DNA of 64,000 nt, taken from contig NC_086108.1 of assembly GCF_963921235.1 (NCBI RefSeq), positions 74,898,001 through 74,962,000 on the forward strand, in the 5' to 3' direction. Source of the DNA: Mobula hypostoma (Eukaryota). The translations under genes were made by a program, and so were the position numbers. A model generated the notes under the pieces. It saw only the letters and a program-made list of their open reading frames with translations. It did not search any database and was not told the origin of the DNA. Below, piece by piece: positions 13,701 to 25,724 of the stretch (within the stretch, counting starts at the first letter, position 1; every line of letters begins with the position of its first letter).

Positions 13701-14802
13701 ATTTGACCTGTTGCATGACCAATTATGAACCACCTTGAGCTTTTACAGCAGTAGAGTATTGATGCAGTAAAAGCCAGAGCACTGTAAATCAATTTGCAGT
13801 GCCATACACACAAAATGCTGGAGGAACTCAATTTGCTGTGTATTTACATGTATCAAATGAAAACCAAAGGCATCCAATTGTTAACTAATCACCATTGCAC
13901 ATTCTTCTTGTGCTTTTCTTCTGCACGCCTTTGCCTGGTGCACATTGTTGAGGAATCTACATGCCTTACCAGATCCCTTCCCCCAGTGAGCAGATGGATG
14001 GCTATTCACCAGGAATGGAAATAGTCGCAGGCAGCCTTGGCTAGCTCGTCAGAGGAACTGCTAGAGGTAGAAAATAGACTGCAATGACTTTGGATTCCAG
14101 AAAGTTCACAGAAAGCTAAGCCATTTGCTGGAGTATAGAGCATTGGAATCCTATTGCTCATCAAAGCCCCTAGCAACAGAGGAAAGCAGAGCCATGATGC
14201 CTACAGTTAGATATTGCATGGAAAATGCCAGTACTTCCAATTCTGAAAGTTTATGTAGCATTGTTTGAGCCTTTCAGGTGCTGCTGGCCTTCAAGAGATG
14301 ACTCTGGCTTCCATGCTGCATATTACTGGCTTTAGTCTTCAAGTAAAGATCCATGCAAGACTGGGCCCCTGCTTCTTTTAATTCACCTTGCCCAATAGAT
14401 GTGGATGCTGAACGCAACAACACAATGTCTCCTTCCTTCTCTGGTTCACAGCTCTGGTGCTAGAACTTGGACAGATAATACTTCTTGTGTAAGTAAATGA
14501 GAAGGGGTCAAAGGCAGGGACATGGAGGGAACTGGACCTACTTCATAGTATAAGGCAGAAAAGAGTAGGTAGATTAAATGTTCGGTAGATTTTAAGTATT
14601 CCCAAAGGTTCTTCCATTGGCTAAGCTGATTCCTGCTAGGAGGCAACCTGAGTCCAGAGTCCTCTCTCATTTGTTGCAATTCTTTATATGTTCATTGCCA
14701 CGGGCTAAGAGCCATATGTTGTGTGCGAATTGAAATACATTTGTGTATGTGAGTGCAATGGTACCTGTGCGGGCAGATTGAATTTACTGCTGTTTTTATT
14801 GA

Positions 14803-15013
14803 ACTTGACCTCGCACATGAGGTCATTAAACTTCTTGCGGTGCAGGGACTGTATTCTTGGAATCATTGTTACAGCCATTAAATTCTGTAGCCACCATCTC
14901 TTGATGCCCACCTTCTCTGCATGTGGGTGTGCCTGGATATCTCATATGCAGGTCTGCAGGGTTTCCACGTCTTCTATCAGGATTTCCAGGGCAGTGTGAA
15001 TAAATTGGAGTCT
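14803..15013 (-). pseudogene. Myb/SANT-like DNA-binding domain remnant (Harbinger ORF2-type)
   Basis: Translation RLQFIHTALEILIEDVE...W...MIPRIQSLHRKKFNDL with one stop; resembles the Myb-like signature F..ALE.L.E.V...PRT..QC.KKFNDL. Confidence 0.55.
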
Positions 15014-17064
15014 TATACTTTCATGGCTTCTCTGAGTGCTCTCTGAGTTGTTCAATGGTTAATCTCTTTAAGAGGAATGGGAATGACATCATGGAGACTG
15101 CATTTTGGAAATGGAGTAGAACGTACAGCACTACTTTACAGAGTGTTCAGTACTACTGATCAGGGATTTGTTGAATAAAGAGACAAATTAGTATCAAGAT
15201 ATCCTGAGTTGATGTTGTTCCTCTTGTCTCCAAAACACTTGAAAAATGCAGGGGACGACTTTGTTTGAAACTCTAGATTATGACACCTAATGTCAATTGA
15301 ACAATTTGTTTTTTGCATGGAATAGGTTTGAGTTGTGGCCAAAACAGATGGTAAAAGATAGTTTTCAACATTGCATTTCCCATAGTGCTACTACAACTTT
15401 TTAAATGCTGCCAATATCCTTTAAATGAAAACACTAGGCTAAGAAATTGTGAATATCATATACAGTTTTAGCTGTTAATCTCATAGTGGGCAGCATTAAT
15501 CTTGTCCCACATTGGATTTGAGGTCATGTTTCTTGAGATTAATGGAGTGATCTAAAATCTGTTTACATAGCTGTGCCTATATGTGTATGTATTGGAAAGG
15601 GATTTGTATTAAAACAAAATCCAAGGAGGATCTACATTAAAGTGCTCCATGCAAACAGCAGAGGTAACCTTAAGGTCAAACTTTTACACTGAATGGACCA
15701 CAGATATAACGCAGCAGTAGGAATCTAAACAGTTTTAAAAAATTAAATAAACTGAACAGATATTGAAGATACATTGAAAATGGAAAGTTGACATTGGTGT
15801 TTCCAACAAGTAAACTATTAATGTTGTTCTGTATTTAAGTACAGACCAAGGAAAAGCAAAAGGTTCTTAACATTTTATAAAATATATGTTGGCTTTGTGC
15901 ATTATTGGAAAATGTATGTCTAATTATTATTGGCTATATTTTAATATTAATTCATTACTGTCATTTCCCCTCCCTCAAATTTACACAAAAGTATCAATCC
16001 TTCTTTCTAAGAGTCATTTATTCATCTTAACAATCTGCCAACCAAATTTAGTTTGACATTTAATAAATAGATTCAATTTTCTCCACTTATTGATTTTTGA
16101 AATTGAGTCTTTGATGCTAAAATAGAAATGTTATTTATTCATTTATAGACTACTACTGCTTGTTGATGTGCAATGCAAGCAGAACATTGAGAAGGTTAAT
16201 GGCTTTCACAGCAGCCATCATAGTATAAATATTATTCCACCAAAATCTGCTGTTGTTATCCCTCAAAATTGAAAAACCATATGGGCAGCACTGAAGGCCG
16301 CTGCATTTTAAAATAAAGACTATTTGTCAGGGTTAACCATTTATCACTAATTATAAATGGAGATATAGCTTTGGTTATGCTGTTCACTATGTTTCTCTTT
16401 TAACATATTGTAACACAGAATTTTAATCTGAAGCTGCCTGAATCATTCAGTTTATAGAGATAAAGCTTTGTCACATTAACTATCCCTTGGGTGCTGCATT
16501 CTTTTAACCATTTGTCAATCATCTCAGGATAACTTTACAAAAAGAATCTCCTCACAGGAAGACTCAAGTAGCAGGTCAACAGCATAAGTCTTAGGGATAT
16601 ACCTACTAGTTCTAATAAATCAGCATATCCAGCAAGAAGATATGATTACAGTGTTACACGTTCACACAGACAATTTACATTTTCAATTTGGCAAAGAAAA
16701 ACATGGCAATAACAGCAGGATGCACGACTCTAAATTGAGACAATCTCAATATAAGCTAGATACAATGTGGGCTATGAAAACATACAATGCTGGTTGTAAT
16801 AATCACAATTTGTTCTTCAGAACTAGTCAAAATCCCGCCATACCTGTTCTAGCATAGCAAAATCACTGGCACCTATGTACAATACTTGTCCTGTCCACAA
16901 AAGGGACATATCTAATCTATTTAACTATTGCCCCTTTAGTGTATTCACAATCATTTGTAAAGTTATAATAATTGACTTCATCAGTGCAATATTTAATCAT
17001 CAATGCTCAGCTTGATTTTGTTTTACAACAAAATGACTTCAAAACCTTCAAATTCGCAATGAGC

Positions 17065-17590
17065 CCACACTCAGTTTAAAGGCAAACATCTCATATTCTG
17101 TCTGGGTAGCCTCCAACCTGATGGTATGAATATTGATTTCTTGGACTTTCAGTAATGGACCCCTTCCCCCTTCCACCTTCACCATTCCCATTCCCCTTTC
17201 CCTCTCTCCCCTCTGTCACCTCATCTGCTTACCTGCCCTTCACCTTCCTCTGGTGCTCCTTCTCCTTCCCTTTATTCCATGGTTTTCTACCCTCTCCTAT
17301 CAGATTCCCTTCTCCAGCCCTTTATCTCTTCCACCAATCAACCTCCCAGCCCATTACCTCCCTCCTCCCCCTCCCAGTTTCGCCTATCACCTACCATCTT
17401 GTACTTTTTCCTCTCCACCTCTCACCTTCTTGATCTAACCTCATCTTTCTCCCAGTCCTGATATAGGGTCTTGGCCCAAAACGTCGACTGTTTATTCTTT
17501 TCCATAGATGCTGCCTGGCCTGCTGAGTTCCTCCAGCATTTTGCATGTGTTGCTTAGATTTCCAGCATCTGCAGGTTTTCTCATTTTTCA
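17065..17590 (+). mobile_element. Penelope-like element 3' remnant / pseudo-LTR
   Basis: HLIFCLGSLQPDGMNIDF-coding end, pyrimidine-rich tract, degenerate hammerhead motif at 17453-17490, GCTGAGTTCCTCCAGCATTTTG terminus. Confidence 0.75.
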
Positions 17591-18149
17591 GAAACTTATT
17601 ATCTTGGTAAAAAAATAAACTGAAAATCTAATTGCATAGAGGAGTGATGAGCCATGGCATCAAAGTCACGCTTTGTCAGGTGTAAGATCAAAGAATCCAG
17701 GTAGAATTGAAATCTAGCGTATCAGTGAAGCCTGCTCCAATTATTACCTCCTAGCCTTTGTGTCCACATCACTTTTCTGAGTGAATATCTACACTTGACC
17801 GGGACTCCAGCTGTGCAATGCTATGGTCCACTGGTTTATATATTTATATCCCTTAAAGCAGTCATTTTTTTTCCAAGTCCTCTTGGCCAACATTGAGAAT
17901 GTGTGTGGTGATATAGTAATTAATGTTGATCTACAGTAATAACTACAAAGTAACGAGGAATAGCCATACAATTAATAATCAGTAAAGCTTAAATTTAGAT
18001 AATTCTTTCCCCACTTTGTTCGCTCTCTAGTTCTACCTTTTTGCCAGTTATATGTCTCTCCACTTTCCTTGCTAATATTAACTAAAACCAGCCTCAACCC
18101 TTTTTTTTATTCATTTGCCTTTTAATCATTGCTGCCTTCCATATTAAAA

Positions 18150-18835
18150 TGGTATTGTATGTGTCTCTGGGTGATGGACAGACTGAGAGGGTAGAGGAAG
18201 AAACAGAGGTGAGGTGATGGGGTGGGTGGGATAAGGGATAAAAGGGGACAGAGGGAATAGTTACTGTAAGAGAAATCAATATTCCTGCCGTCAGGTTGGA
18301 GACTACTAAAGCAGAACACGAGGTGCTGTTCCTTTAAATTGTGTCTAGCCTCTACCTGGCAGTTGAGTAGGCCATTGGCAGACATATTGGTGTGGGAATA
18401 GGAAGTGGAATTAAAACAAATGGCCACTGGGAGATCCTGGCTGTTATGGTGGATGGAGTGAAAGTGCTCTGAAAGTGATTCCCCCAATCTGCGTTGTGTC
18501 TCACACATGTAGAGGAAGTGCTGGATGCAACAGGCGACTCCAATGGGTGCACATGTGAAATGCTGCCTCACCTGGAAGGACTGCTTATGACCCTGAATGG
18601 TGGCAAGGGAGGAAGTGTAAGGGCATGTGTAACACTTAGTATAATTGCAGGGATAAGTTCCTGAAGGAGGATCAGTGGGAAGAGGAGAGTGGACAAGGAA
18701 TCCCAGAGAGCACGCTGAAAGGGGAAAGGAAATGGGAAGGTAAGACATGTCTGCTGGAGATGGTCAAAGTTGCGGACAATGATATGTTGGATGGTACACT
18801 TGTGTGTGGTATATGAGGACAAGAGGGTAGGTCTG
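18150..18835 (-). mobile_element. Penelope-like element GIY-YIG endonuclease remnant
   Basis: ORF 18122-18748: GTYPCNYTKCYTCPY...FQVRQHFTC...LYMCETQRRLGESLSEH...LQPDGRNIDFS. Confidence 0.85.
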
Positions 18836-19506
18836 TCCTTTGATTCTGATGGTGCTAATTTGCTGAAGCCCTTAATAGTTTAATTACGGCTGAAGGAATT
18901 TAACATGAGCATGTTATCTGTTGATCATTTTTGGATGAGTTATGTCATACTAAAGGAATGATTCATAGGGAAAGCTGACCATACTGTTGATAAGTCACTA
19001 TTTGTCAGAACAAGATATTTATGAAATTTGCAAGTTATTGACTTAATTTATAGCATTCACAATAGAGATTAAGTTGTTGGGAATGAGTGGTAACTAAGAA
19101 TCTTAAAGAAATCTTGTATGATTCAGGCCATGGACAGGTAAGGTTCATCCTCTTTAAATAACAATAAAAACAATCTTCTGTTAGGACAAGTGCCCGCACC
19201 TTTCACAGACTGTGACATGCAAATTATTTCTACACAAGCGGCATAAAAAATGCATTGCAAACTAAATGTATCGGCTAGTCTCTGTGCATTTCACGCAGCA
19301 TTAAATTGGCAATCTGTACCATCCATGCACAAAAATTCATTTAGTGACAGAATTTTGGATAAATTCAAAGGCAGTGTGTTTAAGAATGTTGCACTTTTTC
19401 TATTGCACTTGTTTGAAGATCTTATGATCCTAATCTTTGCAGCTATCTAAGATGTCGATTCCAGAATAATATCAGTACCAAATTATGAGCACAATTGTGC
19501 ACTTAC

Positions 19507-19541
19507 CAGAAGCTCTTCTCTTTTCTTTCAGTCACCTTCCA
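19507..19541 (-). other. Candidate 35-nt minus-strand exon
   Basis: Acceptor TTTTTTGAGTTTTCTCTTCACTTTAG, donor CTG|GTAAGT; one open frame (WKVTERKEKSF). Could be chance. Confidence 0.3.
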
Positions 19542-20699
19542 CTAAAGTGAAGAGAAAACTCAAAAAATATTCTGATTGATTACAGCATGCTTTCAGAATA
19601 GTGCATTCATAGTTTGATGAGATTATACAAAGTAATTTCACAAATTTTCTGTGGGCTGGATTCACATTCCTTTGAGTTTCACAAGGACTGAGTGATTTTC
19701 TTGCATCATATGATCAATGGGATTGTGCTCTTGGAGGTTAGATATAACAAGGGTCAATCATAGTACTTGGTTCCAGCCAATTTATTCTGACAACATGGTT
19801 CAACTCTGACTTAGAAATGCATCCTATACTACACCAACATAATACTTCTTTGCCACCCTATCCATTATCTTTGTATATTTTTCAGCTCTGAAAAGTTTAA
19901 AACTGTGTTGCTGGGTGGTATTAGAAGCAGCAGTCCAGTTACAATGACCTCTTTTCCCTTGAGCAATAATACATTGTGTTAACCCTCTATATAACAGTTC
20001 TATTGAAGAGACTCTTCAAAATTGGTGTTTTTGCTGTGGCTGAGATTAAAGGTAAAAGCTGCTATAGCTTTATTTATTTCACTAAGAATATTGGAAAGTG
20101 GAAACATCTGCTTTTGCATGAAAACGTCATCCTTGGAAAGCTAGCGGCACAATCCAGTCAGTTAGTTTTAGCAGTGATGCGATAAGCTGTCAGTATCATT
20201 AAAAGCATTGAGTGCCACTCTAAACTGGTTTGGCCGCAAGACTTTTCCTTCAGTTTGACAGTCCACTGCCTGAAAGGAGATTTACTTTAGGATTATTAGC
20301 TTCTCTGCAAGGTGTCTTTCACCAATCTAACATATTATTCTCACCCAGTCCAAAATAATATTGCAAGTAGGATCATTTTTAACAATCCACATTAAAAGCA
20401 AAACTCATTTCAGATTGATCAGCTGGAAGCGCATATAACAATTGGATATTTATCACTCCATGTTCACCAGTGCTAAATTCATATGAATACATGGCCAATC
20501 TATTTTTTATTAAAGAAATCTGAAGTGACTTCATATTCCATAAATATGACAGTGCGAATGTAAGGGTTGGTTATTACCAGAGAATTTTGAAAATTCAAAG
20601 TTCAAAGTAAATTTATTATCAACGTACATGTACACATGGCACCATATGTAGCCTGAGATTCATTTTCTTGCAGGCAAGAATAAAATATATGAGATCATA

Positions 20700-21128
20700 T
20701 ATTTTGATCTTACTGCCCGTTACACTGCTAATGTTTAGGGCAGCAATGAAAGTCCTCCATCATTGGTGGTGTTCAGGACTTCCTTCATTGTGTCAGTGGC
20801 TTCCCCTCAGTTTTCGCTACTGTCAGTCATGCAGGTCCTGGGTGGAGACTCAGGAATACAATTGCACTCAGATGTAGAAGGATTCTTCATTGCTGTCTCT
20901 GTAACAGTTTTGTTTCAACAATCAAAGTTGTTAGCCCTGAGCTGAACCCCAGAACCTGGAGGACCGGTGGACCACTCTTTATCTGCCCTCTACACTTTGA
21001 CCAGTTTGGCTTGGGTGACCCTGCCAAGGGCTAAAGCATAAAGCCCTGACTCCAGCTAACATAGCTCTCTGGGTCATTGAGGTATACAAGCCTCCGAACC
21101 ACGACAAGGTTGTGGGCCTCTTGGAGGA
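20700..21128 (-). mobile_element. RTE/Expander-related short non-autonomous element
   Basis: Minus strand starts ACAACCTTGTCGTGG...GAGAGCTATGTT...GGGTCACCCA...CCTCCAGGTT...GCTAACAAC, typical of RTE 5' UTRs, joined to a short 3' end. Confidence 0.55.
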
Positions 21129-21336
21129 TTCAAGTTTGATACATGCCATAAGTATAGGTGCAATACAGAACCGCTATTGCAGAAAGAAGTAGCACTTCTA
21201 CCAAGCTTGTACAGGGCAAGATCGGTCTCAAGTCTAAACCTTCAGCATATGATAAATTCTGTAATTTGGTGTCCTCTGTGTTCTGAGTAACAGCAATTAA
21301 CTACTGTGTCTTTATTATCTGCCAGATCAAAACTGA

Positions 21337-21910
21337 GTGCACCTCCGCTCCATCCCCCAAAAGCAGAACTTCTCAGTGGCCAAATATTTTAATCCCAATT
21401 CCCATTCCTGTTCCGACATGTTGGTCCATGGCCGCCTCTTGTGCCATGATGAGGCCAGCGTCGGGGTGGAGGAGCAACACCTTATATTCTATCTGGGTAC
21501 CCTCCAACCTGATGACAAAAAAATCAATTTCTCAAAATAATTCCCTCTTCCCCCCCCTTCTTCTATTCCCCTCTCAGGCCCGTTACCTCTTCTCATCTGC
21601 TTATCACCTCCCCCGGGTCCCCCCTCATTTCCTTTTTCCAGTGGTCTTCTCTCCTCTCTTATCAGATTCCCTCCTCTCCAGCCCCTTACCTTTCCTACTC
21701 ACCTGGCTTCACCTATCACCTTCTAGCTGTCCTCCTTCCCCTACACCCACATTTTATTTTGGCTTCTTCCCACTTTCTTTCCAGTCCTGAAGAAGGGTCT
21801 CATCCTGAAATACTGGCTGCTTATTCATTGTAATAGATGCTGCCTGACTTGCTGAGTTCCTCCAGTATTTTGTGGGTTTCCAGCTTCAGCAGAATTTCTT
21901 ATGTTTATAA
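21337..21910 (+). mobile_element. Penelope-like 3' remnant
   Basis: VAKYFNPNSHS...EEQHLIFYLGTLQPD; hammerhead-like motif at 21782-21819. Confidence 0.8.
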
Positions 21911-23714
21911 TTTCTGTATTTATTTCAGACTTCACCTGTCTGCTTCACCTTTAATACCATTCAAATGTCCCTGATCAAGCTCTGGGAACTCACATGTATC
22001 CAATCTTTGCTTGCTTCTTTGTGAGGTATGTCCCAATCAGGTCCTCTCTCTCAACTCTTTTCCCAATACATCTTTATCCTTTAAAGGGATAGGGGAGATA
22101 AGGGACGTTTCCATGCCATTAGTGACTGTATCAGTGAAATGTCTGTGCAACTGCAGCTCCTTCGAGCCACATGGTGGACTTGCTATGCAGCAGCTGAGCC
22201 ATGGAAAATATCATAGATATTACATTTGGCAAGTTGGTCACTGTGACAGTACAAAAAGAAAGGAATTGAGTGATCATCACGAAGGGTAGTAAATGCAAGC
22301 TGGTAGTACAGAAATCATAGAGGTATACAGCCCAGAGCAAGCCATTTGGCCAAGCCCATCTTTGAAATCCTCATCCCTGGCAGTCATTCCACTCTCAAAT
22401 GGGTATGCTGTTTCATATACTGTGGGAGCTTTGATTCACCAAAGAAAGCAGTGGCAGATGTCGGATTTGTAGCACTACAGTTGTCTCTGTCATGCAGCAG
22501 AGGAAGGAAAAGTCTATGCGAGCAGTAGTGGTGGTGGATTTGGTAGCGAGGGGAGCAGACAGGTACTTCTGTAGCTGAGAGTGACAATTGCCTCCCTTCT
22601 GCCCTGGGATATTTTGGATTGGGTACGGAACATTCTCAAGGGGGAAGGAGAACAGCCAGGGGTAGTAGTACACATTGTTACTAACAATATGGGCAGAAAT
22701 ACTGACCTGTAAAGTGAGCTTGGGCAGTTTCAAAGTTTCAAGTTTCAAAGTGAATCTGTTATCAAAGAATGTATAAATTATACAGCCTTGAGATTTGCTT
22801 GCTTACAGTTAGACAGAAAGTTTAAAAAATAGAACCTCTGTGGTCCTAATCTCAGAATTACTCCCTGTGCCACATTGCTAGTAAGGAAAGAAATAGGTTA
22901 GGGAAGATGAACATATGGTTGAAGAGCTATTGCGGAGGTATAGCTTGGAGAACCTAGATCAAAAGGATCTGTATAAGAAGGATGAGTTGCATGGAGACCA
23001 ATAATCTTGCAGTGAAGTTAGCTCATGTTACTCGGGATGGTTTAAAGGTAATGTGGTGGTGGGGAGGGGGGTGGGGGCGTGTGGGGGTTGAGATAAGTGA
23101 ATGGGAAGCATGGAGCAGTGCAGCAGGTGGGGAAAATGTTGAGGATAAGTTAAGCAAGTCCTGCAGGCAGAGCAGTCAGTGGCAGGTTAGGGAGTACAGA
23201 GGGCCGGCAGACTCAGCTGTATTTGATGCAAGGAGCCTATAAGCAAGTCAAGTAAGCTTAGAGCATGGTTCAGCATTTATGACGTTTACTGCAATTATGA
23301 TAATGTGGCTGAGGGAAGGGCAGGGCTGGCAGCTTAATCTTCCGGTATATCGAAGTTTCAAATGTGTCAAAGGGGAATGCAAAAGAAAAGGGGCAGTCAT
23401 ACTGCTGACTTGTAGTACTTAGGATATCCAGAAGCAATCATCCAATAAGACCACATGGGTCACTTTGAGAAGAGTGATGACTTCATTTGGAGTTACACAC
23501 AAAAAAGCTGTTGTTTTATTTGCAGGCATCTGCTTACAATCTACCTTTGTCAAGTCCTCTCTTACTTAAATGAAATTATCCTTCCCGATTCAAGAACATA
23601 ACTTGAAGATCACCCTTACCTCCTTCCCCAACTTCTTTGAAACTTACAGAATTATGGTCACTGTTCCTGAACTGATCCCCCATCAGCAAGTCCACCACTT
23701 GCCCCGAGCTGGTT

Positions 23715-24029
23715 GGATGCCATGGTAGCACAATGGTTAGTGCGATGTTATTTCAACTTCATTCCAGAGTTCAATTCTGGCACCGTTCTATAAGGAGTAT
23801 AGAGGGTGAGGGTGTCCTCACTGTGGAGTGCATGGATTTTCTCTGGGTCCTCCAGTTACCTCCCTCAGTCCAAAGTTGAACTGGGTAGGTTAGTTAGACA
23901 TTGTAAATTGTCCTGTGATTAGGTTAGGCTTGACTGAATTTGTTGGGGGTTGCTGTGATGGTGTGGCTCGAAGGACTGGAAGGGACTACTCCACACTATA
24001 TCGCTCAATAAATATAAAAATAAATAAAA
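23715..24029 (+). mobile_element. tRNA-derived V-SINE-like element
   Basis: A-box-like TGGTAGCACAATGGTTAG, B-box-like GAGTTCAATTC, V-domain-like CTCCAGTTACCTCCCTCAGTCCAAAG, (TAAA)n tail. Confidence 0.75.
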
Positions 24030-24360
24030 TACTCAAGCAACTCAGCAGGTCAGGCAACATTTACGAAGAAGAACAAAAAAAAATCAAATTTTTGGGCTGA
24101 GACCCTTCATCATGCTTGGACAGGAAGGGGGCAGAAACAAAAATAACACGGTAGGGAGAAGGGAAGGAGTACAAGTTGGCAGATGATACGTGAAACTAGT
24201 TGAGGGGGAGGGTGGATGAAGGAAGAAGCTGAGCGGAGATAGGTGAAGGAGGTACAGGGCTGACGAAGGAAGAATCTGATAGAAGAGGACAGTGACAAAG
24301 GGAAGGACAAGGGGCATCAGAGGGAGGTGATGGCAGCTGTGGGGAAGAGAAAGGGTGAGA
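24030..24360 (-). mobile_element. Penelope-like pseudo-LTR remnant
   Basis: AACTCAGCAGGTCAGGCAACAT terminus, degenerate hammerhead (minus ATGATGAAGGGTCTCAGCCC), purine-rich tract. Confidence 0.65.
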
Positions 24361-25724
24361 GGATTACACTACAGCCCTCCCAATAGTCAGTGGGAATTAA
24401 AGGAGCATGTTTGTAAGGAAATCACAGAAGGCTGTAAGTACAATACCTTATTGTAGTGGAGTATTTTAACTTTCTCAATATTGATTGGAATTACCAAATG
24501 ACTGAATCTATCCAGGACAATATGTTTTGAGACAAATGTAGAGAGGGAGCTGCGCTCATCCCTACCTTTGCAAGTGGAACATGGCAATTGATGGACATGC
24601 TGGTGGGGGAACACTTCAGGAACAGTAACCATAATTCCGTAAATTTTAAGGTAGTTAGGGAAAGAGGTAAGGTTGGTCTTCAAGTTAAGTACTTGAATTG
24701 GGTAAGGATAATTTCAGTAAAGTAAGAGAGGACTTGACAAAAGTAGATTGTAAACAGATTCCCACAGATAAAGAAACAACTGGCAAGTGGCAGACTTTTC
24801 AAAGAGAATCGGGGGAGTCCAAGGACAGAATGTTACAGTAGAGGTGAAAAGCAAATATGACAAGATTAGCAAACCTTGGATGACAAAGGATATTGAAGGT
24901 TTGATTAAGGGAAAAAAGCATACTTGTGGTAGATATTGGCAACTGGGATCAAAGAAAGCACTTGAGGAATATACAATGCGTAGGAGAGAACTTTAAAAAG
25001 AACTTAGGAGGACAAAAGTGGCTTTGAAATATCCTTAGCAAATAAGATTAAGGGAAATACCAAGACATTCTATGTACATTACGGAAAGAGTGCATGGAGG
25101 TCCTGTTTGGCACCAAAGGAATTATTATGTGTAGAGCAAGCCAATGTGTATGAAGTACTAAAATAATACTTCTCAGCTGAATTCATTAATGTGAAGGACG
25201 TGGAAAATAATGAATTCAGGGATGAGGGCAATAATAATGTGAAGCAGATCCATAATAAGAATGAGGAGGTGTTAAATGTTATTGGACACTAAGGGTTTGA
25301 TAATTCTCCAGATCTGGTTAAAATCTACTCCAAATTGCTTTGGGAAGCAAGGGAGGAAATAACTGGGACAAAACAAGAATAAAATCCCCATAGTCATCAG
25401 GTTCTGCCCACTCAGCTTCCATATTGAATAGGTTATCCATTGCAATTGATCAAGATTCAACCACCAGATATAACCACGTTAGTATTCTGAAGGAACTGTT
25501 TCCTCTGTAACTCCCTGATCCACTGCTCTGTTTCTGCCAATCACTTCCCTCCCACAGCACCTACCCATACAATGACAAGAGATGCAGCAATGGTCTTTTA
25601 CTTCTTCCCTCCCCATCATCCAGGACAGATAGCTCTTTTCAGGTGAAGTACACTCTTTTCAATAGCAGACTGGGGTAATTTTGGGGAGCACTTGCACTTA
25701 ATTCACACCAGTTGCCTGCCACTT

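Larger units (their letters stand above)
22480..25380 (+). mobile_element. Old fragmented CR1 (esterase, endonuclease and RT-start remnants) with later insertions
   Basis: VVVHIVTNN, FDARSL and KPWMTKDIEGLIKGKK fragments; interrupted at about 23520-24360. Confidence 0.7.

Noticed and set aside
17133..17461. Pro/Ser/Leu-rich ORFs (also 21428-21790, 46614-46922, 52474-52785)
   Set aside because: Artefacts of pyrimidine-rich Penelope tracts that lack stop codons.
23715..23790. tRNA gene
   Set aside because: A degenerate tRNA-like head is followed by a V-domain and an A-rich tail, so it is a SINE.
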